Counted from the first letter of the stretch, positions 1-9,750 are shown. The stretch: DNA of 32,000 nt from an uncultured archaeon (GCA_964463155.1 CAYXAY010000005.1:1-32000); one strand, 5' to 3'. Numbers and translations: made by a program. Notes: generated by a model from the sequence alone, not told the origin.

Positions 1-3000
1 GTGTCCTGGTCCAAGTAATGGAATTATTGCTACTAAAGATTCTTTGGCTGCTGTGATTAGTGCACAGGTTCCAATGCAACCAATAAGAAATGTTTTTGCT
101 CTTTTTGAAGCTCTGTTGGTTCTTGCATTGATTTCTGATTTGCTTTCTTTTAGACCACATACTTCTGAACCAAAGAAGATTGTTGATTTGTCTTGAAGAC
201 CCGTGTTGTATTTCTTTAATGTTTCACAATATTCTTCTTTGTCTTTAGGATTATATTCATTTGTCCAGTCAAGATATACATAAAATATTCTTTCCTGAGT
301 TGTTGTGTCTTTTTCTAATTCCTCTATTGATTGCTGTGTTTTTGTGAATAACTCAACGGGGGTTATACCATAACTTAGCAAAGTTATGTTTGCATCTGCT
401 TTTCTGTTGCCACTGCTGTATTTTCCTGTGGCCTTGTAATTGCTTGTTGCGGTGACCACTAGCTTTTGATTGCGCCAGTTTGAGATTTCTGAAATGTCTC
501 CAAGAACACAAAGATTAAAGTCCGTGTCTTTGTCTTTCTCTAACTCTAAAGACATTTCTTTTTCATAGTTCTTTCCTTGATAATCAAAGCTTGTCTTTAC
601 TCCAGAAATGTCTAATGTTGTTACTTTTATTTGCTCTGTCACTGCTGACTTTGCGGTTATCTTTGTACATTTCTTTGTTGGCGTTAATGATAACTTGTCT
701 GTTTGTGGCCTTAGGCTTAATGTTCCAAAGTCTTTGTCAAGAGACAATATTAGCATGTAGCTTCTGTCTTTAGAGATACAGATGTCGGCTGGTTTGCCGT
801 TAATTATATCTTTAATGTTGTTTGAAGTTTCTGTTATAAAGTCATTAGAAAACTCAAATCTATTGTCTTTATCCACTCCAAACTCTTTATTGATAACTAT
901 ATTTATCTTCTCTGGTTGAGGAGATGAAGGCTCTGCAGGATATGCAAAGTAAAGCTTTGCTATTGCTCCTTTCTCTTCTGTTATTTCTCCAACAGAGATG
1001 TCTAGTTGACTAAATTTCTTTCGTTCATCAGTTCTTAACTGGAATCTGTCTTCTGAATTAAATATTCCTTTTGAGACTGGAAGACCAAAGTCTCTGTCTC
1101 CACTTATTACTGTTAGCCAAGTGTCTCCGGTATTTGTTTTTGAAAAGAATTTTTGATTTTTTGGAAGATAAATCATTAGGTTTTCTATTTGTTTTTTACA
1201 TTGTTCTGTTTTATTGCCATCAATTGTTACAAAGAAATAAGCTCTTTCAGGATCTATCTGTGTTGAGTTTCTTGTTGCGACAAAACCGTCAATTGTAATC
1301 TTGTATCTTCCACAGCCGTTTATCTTGTTGTCAAGATGTATGATATTACCCATCATCTGTAGACCACCGGTTGTTACTCCTACATTTTTTCTTACTGCGT
1401 AGTTTTTTATTGTAGGATATTTCTTGTCTTTGTCTTTGTCATTATCAAGCACTAATTTCATTGTCTTTTCAGAGACGGTGTCGTTTTGGACATAGATTGG
1501 AATGTTTCTGTAGTCTTTCATCTTTTCTAGTGTTAATAACTCAGAGATTGGACAACCTGCTGTCCTTGCAGTTGCAATCGAACAATTGGTTTGGCTTATC
1601 TGATTATCGACTTGCTTTGATGCGTTGATTGCTGCCGTATGAAGCTCTTGAATCTTTAATGCTATAAACTCTGTTGCGCTTTCGGCATCACAATAACCGT
1701 CTCTCTTACAGTCTTCAACAACTATTGGGTAGGTTATTGTTGTCTTTTCATCTTCTCCACAAACTTTTACTTCAACATTTTGTTCAACTCTTTTGTAATC
1801 CTCTTTTAAATCTGGATTTGTTTCTTCAACCTCTATTGAAAAAAGTATTGCTTCAGAAGTTACCATGCTTAATGGGGTGTTGTTTAATGGAAAGCCAATC
1901 AATCTTACGACGCTATCTGTTAATGCAGGGAAATATTTGCTTGGCTTTACTTTTAAATAGAATGATGCTGTTTGTCCTCGGGCTATATAGCCTGTTGGGA
2001 TGACAGGAACTAATGCAACTGATGTGCCTTTGCCAAATGCCTGTTCAAAGGAATTTGGGTCAATATTTGGATTGATGTCATAGGAGATATAACCTATTGG
2101 GTCAGCACACCAGTTTGTGATATTTATTAACTTTGTTTTTTCCTCTCCAACCTTTGTGTACATATAGATTTTCTTTTGGTCAATCTTCAGACAGCCTGCT
2201 GAAGAGAACTTAAAGCCAACACTAAACCTTGCTTCTACTGGGTCTTTTGAACCTTTTGACTCTGCGCTTACCTTGTAATAAAGTGTTGCAGAGGTTGCCT
2301 TGTCAACTTTTCCTTCATACTGGATATATATTTGTTTTGTTTGACCTGGCCTAATCTCTTCAAAACTCATTGGTTCCATCTTGTCTTGGATATTTGACGG
2401 AAGTTTTTCATCAAGTCTTGAAATTTGAACATTCCTTAATGGATATTTTCCGGTGTTTGTTATTGAAAACATTGTTCTGTTTGATGCAGGGATTTGGTCA
2501 ACCACTTGTGACAAGGAGATTACTGATGTTGGTGGTGTTACTCTTATTGTTTTTGAATAATCAACAAGATCAACATTTAACCTCGTGTTTTCCAAAGCGT
2601 AGTAAGGGTTTCTCCAAGCAATCTCAAAGGAATAGCCTTTTGTTGTTTTTCTTGCCTTTGTGTTTCTTAATGTTATTGTGTAATCGCTAACTTCTTCATT
2701 TGGTTCTATTATTAGTGATGGCAAATCTATCTGTAGATTTTCATCTTTCTTTATTGTTGTTCCTTTTGCTTTTAATAGCTCTGGGGTTATTGTTAATGCC
2801 TTTTGGCAATTGTTTTGTATTGACAATATCACTTCTTGCTCTGAACCTTCGCTTATACCTAAATAACCATAAACTACTTGTGGCTTAATGTCAAGGCATG
2901 TTTCTTTTACCTTTCCTCTATAAAAATTAATTTCTATTTCTTTTGCAACCTGCTTGTTGCCTATAAAACCATAAATTGTCATTATTGATTTTGCAGATGT

Positions 3001-6000
3001 GAACTTTATCTTTGGATCAATTACTGCAAATAATACTATCTCTGCTGGCATAGATGGTTCAAGGGATGCTGGAAGTTGTGTTTCTACAGTTAGTCCTGCA
3101 ACCTTATCAATGTCAGTTAAGACATAGCTTAAATCTTTTATTTGGATATTCCCTTTATTGATAATTGTTATTCTTTGACTTTCTTGGCTTATATTTTCTC
3201 CAAAGGTTATGTCTATGCTGTCAGGGGCATAGATTAGTCCCTTATCTGCAATTGTTAATTGCTTAGTGTAAGGAATATATCCTGGAGCGCTAACTTCTAA
3301 ATATGGCTTTGAGCTTGAAAAGTTTTGATTGATTATGTATACCCCGTTCTTTCCTGTTTTTGAACTGGCTATTAAGTCTCCAAACTCAGAGGTTATTTTT
3401 ACAAAGGCATTATTTATTGGTACCTTTGTTTCAGAGTCCTCTACACTTACTGTTATTGGAGAGTTGTAAGCTAATATCTCTTGTACATTAACAAGAAGTT
3501 TTCTTTTTTGCTTGACTTCAAAATTTAGTCTTTTTTCTATGACTTGTGAATTGAATGTGGTTTTAATGTCAAGATAGGTTACTCCTGTGTCCTTTGCCTT
3601 GAATAATAAATATTGTTTCCTGTTGTTTCCTGATTGTATTGACATGATTGAAGAAGTAAGTTTTGTGTCTGTTGAGTCAAGGGAACTGCGTGGCATAATT
3701 TCTGTTTCCTGATAATTGATTAACCCTAGTATTGGCCTGCTCTTGTCTGTCTCTGCGTTTATAGTTATTTCTCCATTTAACAAACTATAATAAGTAATTT
3801 CTAAAAGATACATATCATCCTTTACTGCAAAAAAGCTTTCCTTTGAATAATCAAAGCCTTCTGAGTCTAGAAACCTGTAATCAATACATAGGTTGTTTGA
3901 ACACTCTGCTGGTGTTTCTAAAACATTTAATCTTAATTGCTTGGTTTTTGCATAAAGGCCTTGTCTTGAAGAAACATTTCTTGAAACGTCAAGTATTGTA
4001 TCTTTTGGGTCTCTATAGATTGAACCAGAATAATCACACCAAGTTCTATAGCTTGCAGACATTGTTCCTATCTCGTTTGCTTTTACCTTTATCATTACTT
4101 GTTTTTTTGTTATGCTTGCAGATGACCAGTAAAGCTCTAACCATTTGTTTAATTGGTTTGGTTCTCCAACATTATCATAGTCTATTGATTGTTGGTTGTT
4201 ATTGTAGGTTGTTGAGTATTTGAATTTTGTTGTGTCTGCTTTAAAGCCTGTTATTCCATAACTCATGTTTTCAGAATCGTTTTCATAATCTTCTCCAATC
4301 CGAAAATGAGCGCCACAACTTGTTGCAGCGGTTGGAAATTGCAAATCAAAGACAAGATAATAATCTTTATCAACACTTAAAACTGTTGTTGGGCTGTTGT
4401 GTGTGTCTCTTAGTTCTACAAAGGAGATTACTGGATTTAAATCCGTTACTTCTGGCTTTAATGTTAAATTAAGATAATTTTCGTCTCCGATTATTGTTGA
4501 CATCACTGTTGTGTTTCCATTGTTGTCTGTGTATTCGATTATTAGGTTTTTGTAACCCTGTGTTTCAAATGTAAATGGCAAGTCTTCTAAAATACATTTA
4601 TCTTTAAGTATTGTTCCAAGTTTTGATTTTATTATTACACAACCTGTTGTTATTGGATTGCCGCGTGTGTCTTTTAATTTAAGAGTTATTGTTTTTGTTG
4701 CATCATTAACTATTAAAATTACTTTATTGTCCTTGAGAGGATCAATTGTTGTTTCTTGGCTTTCTGTTGTGTCGCCAACAATTCCTGTGACTTTGTAATC
4801 GTCTCTGCTCTTTGCATAGACTGATGTATGACCGGCAATATCAACAGTAAGAGGACCGGTTCCTATTGGAACATAAGTTCCATTTAGTTTTTTGTAAACC
4901 AAAACATTTGCTGTTGGTATTGGGTTGTTCACTGAATTTAAAACATATATTGATAATTTATAGATGTCTGCTGAACCAACCTTTGCTAAAGAAATCTCTA
5001 AGTTGTTTGAGGCATCTATGTTTGCAAGATACTGTGAGCAGGCATAGCCTTCTTTACAAGCAGTGACAACATAGTTTGTGTTTTGGTCAAGACCTGTAAA
5101 GGTTACTTGCCCATCCATTTTTGTTGTTGATGTTAGAAGTTCGTTTCCTGTTAAGTTGTAAAGAGTTACCTTTGAATCAAGCAATGGACCTACAAGATCT
5201 GCAACAACCATTACATTTAGGTTTGAACTTCCTGCAATTAATTTTACTGTAAAGCTTTCTTCGTTTTTTGATATCCTGTAGGTTTTGTGGTCCTTGTCAC
5301 TGTCATAGATTCTGTAGCCTTCTTTTGTTATAACAAAACGTATTACTTCTCCAACAGTTGTTTTAAATGTTACTTTTCCAAGTTTTGTTTTGGTATTGTT
5401 TATTATTTCTCCTGCTCTGTTGTATACTGTAACATTGCAATCATCAAGAAGATCTCCTAATTGGGTTGTTGCAAAAATTGTTAGTCTTGCTTCGCTTCCT
5501 TGAAGTAATGCTTTTTCTAAATCAAAATCCAAGGAGATGTTTTGTGTCTCAAGTAACTTTGTTAGTCTTATGGATTTGCTTACTGTTTCGTAGTTTTCAC
5601 TTTCAATTGTTAATGTTATATCTTTGTTTTGAGGAACTGATTCTATTGTAATTTCGCCAAGGTTGTTTGGGGTTGCAGTTATTTGTTGGGACCTCCCGTT
5701 TAGTCTGTAGTCTAATGTCGCGTTATAATCTGGTATTGATTTTTTGGTTTGGTTGTCTATAATTGTTAATTTTAATGTACCATAATTTATCAACTCATCA
5801 AACTTGATTGAAAGTGGTTTGCTACTATCAAAGGTTATTTGTTTGTTTAAATAGTGTGAATAACCTGTCTTTGTGGCATTGATTCTATAATCTGCACCAG
5901 GACGCAGGGCTATTCTTTTTTTGTCACCATCACTCATTATTCCTGTAAACTTTGTCTTGTCTTTTAGATCGCTTATAGAAACAGAAACATCAGTTAGTTT

Positions 6001-6360
6001 TGTTCCGGCATAATCTGTTAAAGAAAAGGTTACTGTTGTTTTTGTTGCAAAGTTGATTATAAAAAATATTAATATTGCAAGAATGATAATGGTCAGGCAA
6101 GTAACAAACGCAAAAGCCGGTATTCCTTTTTTCTCTAAGGTGTCATTAAGCTTGTTTAAGGCAATTCCTTTTTCTGACAACCAATCAGAAAAAGTAAAAT
6201 ATCTTTCTTCAAACCACTGGTAGGTTTTACCAAAGATGTTTTTCTCTTTTTGTTTTTCTATTTCTTTTTCTGAGTAATCGTCGTTGACTTCTGAATAATC
6301 TTCAATTTCCTCATCTGAGAAATCATCTTCTTTTGTTTTTTTTGTTTTTGCTTTTGCCAT
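1..6360 (-). CDS. Giant membrane-anchored surface (adhesin/S-layer-like) protein. N-terminal 2,120 codons only; the ORF continues past the left window edge.
   Basis: The minus-strand frame is open from ATG (6360-6358) to position 1. I spot-checked several 60-nt blocks for TTA/CTA/TCA in frame and found none. N-terminus reads MAKAKTKKTKEDDFSDEEIE. One TM helix, PAFAFVTCLTIIILAILIFFIINF, lies at about 6046-6120. Repeated ~80-90 aa beta-sandwich modules follow, resembling CarboxypepD_reg/PEGA (e.g. VTFSLTDYAGTKLTDVSVSISD...YRINATKTGY; LNVMVVADLVGPLLDSKVTLYNLTGNELL...YVVTACKEGY). Cys-containing regions lie further downstream. It is missing from the ORF track because it is edge-truncated. Confidence 0.85.
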   Translation of the reverse strand, partial: MAKAKTKKTKEDDFSDEEIEDYSEVNDDYSEKEIEKQKEKNIFGKTYQWFEERYFTFSDWLSEKGIALNKLNDTLEKKGIPAFAFVTCLTIIILAILIFFIINFATKTTVTFSLTDYAGTKLTDVSVSISDLKDKTKFTGIMSDGDKKRIALRPGADYRINATKTGYSHYLNKQITFDSSKPLSIKFDELINYGTLKLTIIDNQTKKSIPDYNATLDYRLNGRSQQITATPNNLGEITIESVPQNKDITLTIESENYETVSKSIRLTKLLETQNISLDFDLEKALLQGSEARLTIFATTQLGDLLDDCNVTVYNRAGEIINNTKTKLGKVTFKTTVGEVIRFVITKEGYRIYDSDKDHKTYRISKNEESFTVKLIAGSSNLNVMVVADLVGPLLDSKVTLYNLTGNELLTSTTKMDGQVTFTGLDQNTNYVVTACKEGYACSQYLANIDASNNLEISLAKVGSADIYKLSIYVLNSVNNPIPTANVLVYKKLNGTYVPIGTGPLTVDIAGHTSVYAKSRDDYKVTGIVGDTTESQETTIDPLKDNKVILIVNDATKTITLKLKDTRGNPITTGCVIIKSKLGTILKDKCILEDLPFTFETQGYKNLIIEYTDNNGNTTVMSTIIGDENYLNLTLKPEVTDLNPVISFVELRDTHNSPTTVLSVDKDYYLVFDLQFPTAATSCGAHFRIGEDYENDSENMSYGITGFKADTTKFKYSTTYNNNQQSIDYDNVGEPNQLNKWLELYWSSASITKKQVMIKVKANEIGTMSASYRTWCDYSGSIYRDPKDTILDVSRNVSSRQGLYAKTKQLRLNVLETPAECSNNLCIDYRFLDSEGFDYSKESFFAVKDDMYLLEITYYSLLNGEITINAETDKSRPILGLINYQETEIMPRSSLDSTDTKLTSSIMSIQSGNNRKQYLLFKAKDTGVTYLDIKTTFNSQVIEKRLNFEVKQKRKLLVNVQEILAYNSPITVSVEDSETKVPINNAFVKITSEFGDLIASSKTGKNGVYIINQNFSSSKPYLEVSAPGYIPYTKQLTIADKGLIYAPDSIDITFGENISQESQRITIINKGNIQIKDLSYVLTDIDKVAGLTVETQLPASLEPSMPAEIVLFAVIDPKIKFTSAKSIMTIYGFIGNKQVAKEIEINFYRGKVKETCLDIKPQVVYGYLGISEGSEQEVILSIQNNCQKALTITPELLKAKGTTIKKDENLQIDLPSLIIEPNEEVSDYTITLRNTKARKTTKGYSFEIAWRNPYYALENTRLNVDLVDYSKTIRVTPPTSVISLSQVVDQIPASNRTMFSITNTGKYPLRNVQISRLDEKLPSNIQDKMEPMSFEEIRPGQTKQIYIQYEGKVDKATSATLYYKVSAESKGSKDPVEARFSVGFKFSSAGCLKIDQKKIYMYTKVGEEKTKLINITNWCADPIGYISYDINPNIDPNSFEQAFGKGTSVALVPVIPTGYIARGQTASFYLKVKPSKYFPALTDSVVRLIGFPLNNTPLSMVTSEAILFSIEVEETNPDLKEDYKRVEQNVEVKVCGEDEKTTITYPIVVEDCKRDGYCDAESATEFIALKIQELHTAAINASKQVDNQISQTNCSIATARTAGCPISELLTLEKMKDYRNIPIYVQNDTVSEKTMKLVLDNDKDKDKKYPTIKNYAVRKNVGVTTGGLQMMGNIIHLDNKINGCGRYKITIDGFVATRNSTQIDPERAYFFVTIDGNKTEQCKKQIENLMIYLPKNQKFFSKTNTGDTWLTVISGDRDFGLPVSKGIFNSEDRFQLRTDERKKFSQLDISVGEITEEKGAIAKLYFAYPAEPSSPQPEKINIVINKEFGVDKDNRFEFSNDFITETSNNIKDIINGKPADICISKDRSYMLILSLDKDFGTLSLRPQTDKLSLTPTKKCTKITAKSAVTEQIKVTTLDISGVKTSFDYQGKNYEKEMSLELEKDKDTDFNLCVLGDISEISNWRNQKLVVTATSNYKATGKYSSGNRKADANITLLSYGITPVELFTKTQQSIEELEKDTTTQERIFYVYLDWTNEYNPKDKEEYCETLKKYNTGLQDKSTIFFGSEVCGLKESKSEINARTNRASKRAKTFLIGCIGTCALITAAKESLVAIIPLLGPGH

Positions 6361-6443
6361 TATTTATCTTCTCTTTATATTTTTTTAAAATATATTTTTG
6401 ACATATAAATAAAAGTATAATATATTTATATATGTTTATATTA

Positions 6444-7138
6444 GGGTTTGTAGAACCCCTCTAACTCCTTAATCGTAACATAAATAATACATCGGTCTTA
6501 CTACCTATATTTTATGATTTTTCAGGATAAATATATTACAACCAATATCTTTTAATAGTTTCTATAAGCAAGTTGAACGAGTTTTTGGTGAAGTTAGGTT
6601 ACCTTTTCATTTTCCTAAGTACTCTAACAAGCTATACAGCAATTTTGTTCATGTATATTTGTTGAGTTTAAAAGAACGACACAAGAGTTCTTATCGTCAT
6701 TTAACAGAATTGTTAAACGACATAACTGTTTTAAGATTGCTTGGAATCCAGAAGCAACCACACTTTACAACCCTGCAAAAATTTGTAAGTAAGATTAGTA
6801 AAGACATTTTACAAAAACTAGTAATGGCTTGTCATAAGCTTATCAACAGCAACAAGATGATTGTTGCAGTTGATTCTACGGGTTTTGTAAATGTTAATCC
6901 AACTTATTATTGTCTTAATAAGTGCGGCATTAGACCACCATACAAAAACTTTACACAAACAAGTATTATTGTAGATACAGATACAAAATTAGTACTATTT
7001 GTAACTGCAACAACGCAGGATAACCAGCAAAAGCAGGTTATCCTAAAAGTATTAACCTATAATTTAGAACAGTTAAGCAGAAACAAAAAAGCAATTTCTT
7101 TCACAATATTAATATTCTAAAAGGATTTCTACAGAACC
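6444..7138 (+). mobile_element. Non-autonomous (internally deleted) IS element of the IS4/IS5 DDE superfamily
   Basis: Imperfect terminal inverted repeats: GGGTTTGTAGAACC (6444-6457) versus GGATTTCTACAGAACC (7123-7138, reverse complement GGTTCTGTAGAAATCC). An identical 9-bp direct repeat TTTATATTA lies immediately outside both ends (6435-6443 and 7139-7147), consistent with a target-site duplication. The interior holds only a broken transposase. Confidence 0.6.
6569..7120 (+). pseudogene. DDE transposase remnant with no in-frame ATG, an N-terminal frame break and an internal deletion
   Basis: The frame reads QVERVFGEVRLPFHFPKYSNKLYSNFVHVYLLSLKERHKSSYRHLTELL...PHFTTLQKF...AVDSTGF...IIVDTDTKLVL, then jumps to a C-terminal-type tail VILKVLTYNLEQL. 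This is the typical IS4/IS5 N-terminal and first-Asp region, but most of the catalytic domain is absent. A short MIFQDKYITTNIF* ORF (6514-) sits upstream in another frame. Confidence 0.55.
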
Positions 7139-7211
7139 TTTATATTAAGAAAAAAGAATATAACTCCAAACTATTTACTAGAAAGAGTTATAAATAAGAA
7201 AAAAAGAAAAA

Positions 7212-7769
7212 TTAAAAAGAAACCTTAATGTTCTTTTTTTCTTCTGCACTTGTTTCTAAGAAAGCCTCATCCTTGAAACCAAACATCTTTGCAAACATGT
7301 TGTTTGGTACAGTTTGTATTTTGTTGTTGTAGTCCATTACTGTGTCATTGTAGTATTGTCTTGCATAAGCTATTTTGTTTTCAATACCTGATAATTCCTC
7401 TTGAAGTTGTAAGAAATTTTGGCTTGCTTTAAGGTCAGGATAATTCTCAACAACAATGTTTAGTAGCCCGCCAATTGCTTTAGACATTTGGTCGTTTGTC
7501 TTCATTGTTGCTTTGATGTCCTTTGCTTGCATTGCCTGATTTCTTAGTTCTGTTATCTTTGTTAATGTCCCTGCTTCGTGTTTTACATAGCCTTTAACAG
7601 TCTCAACAAGATTTGGAACAAGATCATATCTTTTCTTTAACTGAACATCTATCTGGCTCCATCCGTTTTTTACCTTGTTTCTTAAACGTATCAGGCTATT
7701 ATACATGAAAAGAGCCATTAACAGAATAATTCCAAAAATAACAAGAATTATTATTAGTGCTATTGCCAT
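7212..7769 (-). CDS. lemA: LemA family membrane protein
   Basis: N-terminal TM helix, then NSLIRLRNKVKNGWSQIDVQLKKRYDLVPNLVETVKGY...RQYYNDTVMDYNNKIQTVPNNMFA, a characteristic LemA sequence. Confidence 0.9.
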   Translation of the reverse strand: MAIALIIILVIFGIILLMALFMYNSLIRLRNKVKNGWSQIDVQLKKRYDLVPNLVETVKGYVKHEAGTLTKITELRNQAMQAKDIKATMKTNDQMSKAIGGLLNIVVENYPDLKASQNFLQLQEELSGIENKIAYARQYYNDTVMDYNNKIQTVPNNMFAKMFGFKDEAFLETSAEEKKNIKVSF

Positions 7770-7833
7770 TTCATCACCTTTTTTTTAAAATAACTAGATA
7801 ATATATAGATTGCTAATATTTATAAAGAAATTG

Positions 7834-8316
7834 TTAGTCAGAATTTGGAATGTATTTGTCTATGTTTTGGATAATCTTGGGGACCGCCTTGTTAATTCTG
7901 TTTATTGCGACACAGAGATATTCTTCTGCTTTCTTCTTTGATTTTGTTTTCTTGTAAATGTCGGGATAATCAAGAAACGAGGATTTTTTTCCAAAGGCAA
8001 TTTCATTAAAAATAACTGAATCTTTATTGTATTTTTCTTTAAGATAATCTTGATGAACCCTTGCCATAGAGACAATTAAATCTGATGATGCAAGAATCCT
8101 CTTTGTTACTTTCCTTTGCTTGTGTTTAGAATGATCAACATCTAATTTTTCTAGTTCTTCTTTTACTATTGAATGGATTGATTGCTTTTTTGCAGTAATT
8201 CCCGCAGACGCAACTTTTAGTTTTATGCCTTTTTCTTGAAGGTGTTTTTTTAGAAGAAGCTCAGCAGACATGCTTCTAAAGACATTTCCTGTGCATACAA
8301 AAAGTATTGTTTTCAT
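7834..8316 (-). CDS. Low-molecular-weight protein-tyrosine phosphatase / ArsC-type phosphatase
   Basis: MKTILFVCTGNVFRS carries the CX5R(S) P-loop at the canonical N-terminal position. The ATG at 8316 is preferred over the GTG at 8325 given in the ORF track. Confidence 0.8.
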   Translation of the reverse strand: MKTILFVCTGNVFRSMSAELLLKKHLQEKGIKLKVASAGITAKKQSIHSIVKEELEKLDVDHSKHKQRKVTKRILASSDLIVSMARVHQDYLKEKYNKDSVIFNEIAFGKKSSFLDYPDIYKKTKSKKKAEEYLCVAINRINKAVPKIIQNIDKYIPNSD

Positions 8317-8335
8317 TCTCTTCACAAAATTTATT

Positions 8336-8713
8336 TTAAATATAATATTTATCTAATGATTTTTTAATCAAAATAACATCGTGATTTGATTGTTGATTTT
8401 TTAAATAAATGTCTATAAATAAAACTTCATTTTTTAGTTTTGACAAATGCCAAATTACTCTTGCGGTGAAATCGCGATCATCTGATATTCTCATTCGTGA
8501 TTTTATTACTAAATATTCTGAATATTTTTCCCCAAGTTTTATTCGCTCATTTCTTTTTGGAGATTCTTTTAATAGTTCTTCTCTTCGTGTTAAAATGGTT
8601 TGTTTAATTATCTCAAAATCTTTTACTAAACATCTTGGGTGTTTCTTTAAAACCTTATCAAATTTCTGCTCAAAATCAGAAGTGTTTTTAGCAACACAAT
8701 CAATGGATTCCAT
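8336..8713 (-). CDS. RelE/ParE-superfamily-like small protein, putative toxin partner of the upstream DUF4065 gene
   Basis: 125 aa. C-terminal pattern GEKYSEYLVIKSRMRISDDRDFTARVIWHLSKLKNEVLFIDIYLKNQQSNHD resembles the RelE/ParE core (x-R-hydrophobic-x-Y/W ... short strand ... basic tail). Its start lies 10 nt after the stop of the DUF4065 gene. Confidence 0.45.
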   Translation of the reverse strand: MESIDCVAKNTSDFEQKFDKVLKKHPRCLVKDFEIIKQTILTRREELLKESPKRNERIKLGEKYSEYLVIKSRMRISDDRDFTARVIWHLSKLKNEVLFIDIYLKNQQSNHDVILIKKSLDKYYI

Positions 8714-8723
8714 TGCTAATAAC

Positions 8724-9212
8724 CTACTCTACTAGTTTTTCTAAGGACTCTGCTCTGTAAAATACTAAATCATAATCTATTATACCATTATCTTTAGAAA
8801 CTAAATAAGGATTATCTTTGTGAGATAAATTTGATATTTGAGTCGCAGAAAGAGCGCCTAATTTTTTTATAACTTTATCAATTGTAGATATTTCCTCTTT
8901 TGATAATGTACTTAATTTAGGGGCATCTAAAATTTTATACTTTGTGTTTTGTGATAACTGTTTGGTTTCTATTTTTTTTCCCTTTTCTAATTTATCAATT
9001 ATTATTGCAATGTGTACTGGGGCGGGGCCAAACTCGATCTTTCTATATTCTTCATTTGTAATTGATTTATTGTTTTTTTTATAGTGATTAAAATCCGAAA
9101 AATATAATAATTTATATAAAACGGTCTTTCCAAAATTTGTATTTTTATCACATTTAGAAATAATATAATGGGCCATTTCACTTAGCTTTTCAGAATTGTA
9201 ATTTAAGACCAT
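8724..9212 (-). CDS. DUF4065 (Panacea / SocA-like) domain protein, putative antitoxin
   Basis: MAHYIISKCDKNTNFGKTVLYKLLYFSDFNHYKKNNKSITNEEYRKIEFGPAPV matches the conserved DUF4065 core (KLxKLLYxxD...G.PIT...Y...GPV). The internal ATG at 9212 is preferred. The ORF-track extension to 9344 overlaps the upstream gene and is preceded by a TTTATATA box near 9250. Confidence 0.7.
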   Translation of the reverse strand: MVLNYNSEKLSEMAHYIISKCDKNTNFGKTVLYKLLYFSDFNHYKKNNKSITNEEYRKIEFGPAPVHIAIIIDKLEKGKKIETKQLSQNTKYKILDAPKLSTLSKEEISTIDKVIKKLGALSATQISNLSHKDNPYLVSKDNGIIDYDLVFYRAESLEKLVE

Positions 9213-9295
9213 ATTTATCACAGCTATACATATATTATTAATTCTAATATATAAAAAGCTTTCGGAGGTAGATGCCCAGTGCGAAAAAATCGAAA

Positions 9296-9652
9296 TCAGT
9301 GCTCCATTTCTAGAGTGTTTGGATAATTTGGGTCCGGAACACACCCAACTCCACTTGGAGCAAACTTTTCATTACAATAACAATAATTGACTTCATGTTG
9401 TGGGAGAAGCTCTGGACAGTTTTCTAATGATTGAATCGATATTGAACGTATTATATTATTTACAAAATCTAACATAGATAATTGATTACAATTTAAGAAT
9501 AGATTTAGGGCAGGATAATCAAAATGACGAGAAAAACAAATATAGTTGTCTACTATTTCTAATATATTTGAATCAATTATAAAAACCCTACTATTTCCAT
9601 AATTAAATCCTCTAAAAATTAAATTTATATTTCTTGGTGTTTTTTTAGACAT
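9296..9652 (-). CDS. Hypothetical protein, Cys-containing, no recognisable family
   Basis: Open frame of 118 aa from the ATG at 9652 (MSKKTPRNINLIFRGF...). The codon style matches its neighbours. I recognise no motif. Confidence 0.4.
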   Translation of the reverse strand: MSKKTPRNINLIFRGFNYGNSRVFIIDSNILEIVDNYICFSRHFDYPALNLFLNCNQLSMLDFVNNIIRSISIQSLENCPELLPQHEVNYCYCNEKFAPSGVGCVPDPNYPNTLEMEH

Positions 9653-9750
9653 AAATTCTCCCAACTATACTTATATAATATAATTAGATATTAAATACAA
9701 ATATTTAAAAAATCGGTAGATACACAACAATGTAAGTGTTTGCCATTATG

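Noticed and set aside
591-5651. Ten Leu-rich plus-strand ORFs from the track (591-773, 1071-1298, 1674-2003, 2370-2690, 2700-2888, 3843-4223, 4866-5066, 5466-5651 etc.)
   Set aside because: They are antisense shadows of the giant minus-strand ORF. They are low-complexity L/F/C-rich with no motifs, and the opposite strand has an unbroken 2,120-codon frame with clear domain structure.
1-6360. Giant protein as the target of a diversity-generating retroelement
   Set aside because: DGRs are known in small-genome archaea. However, no reverse transcriptase, template repeat or near-duplicate variable region is visible in this window. This is left as something to test once the C-terminus is available.
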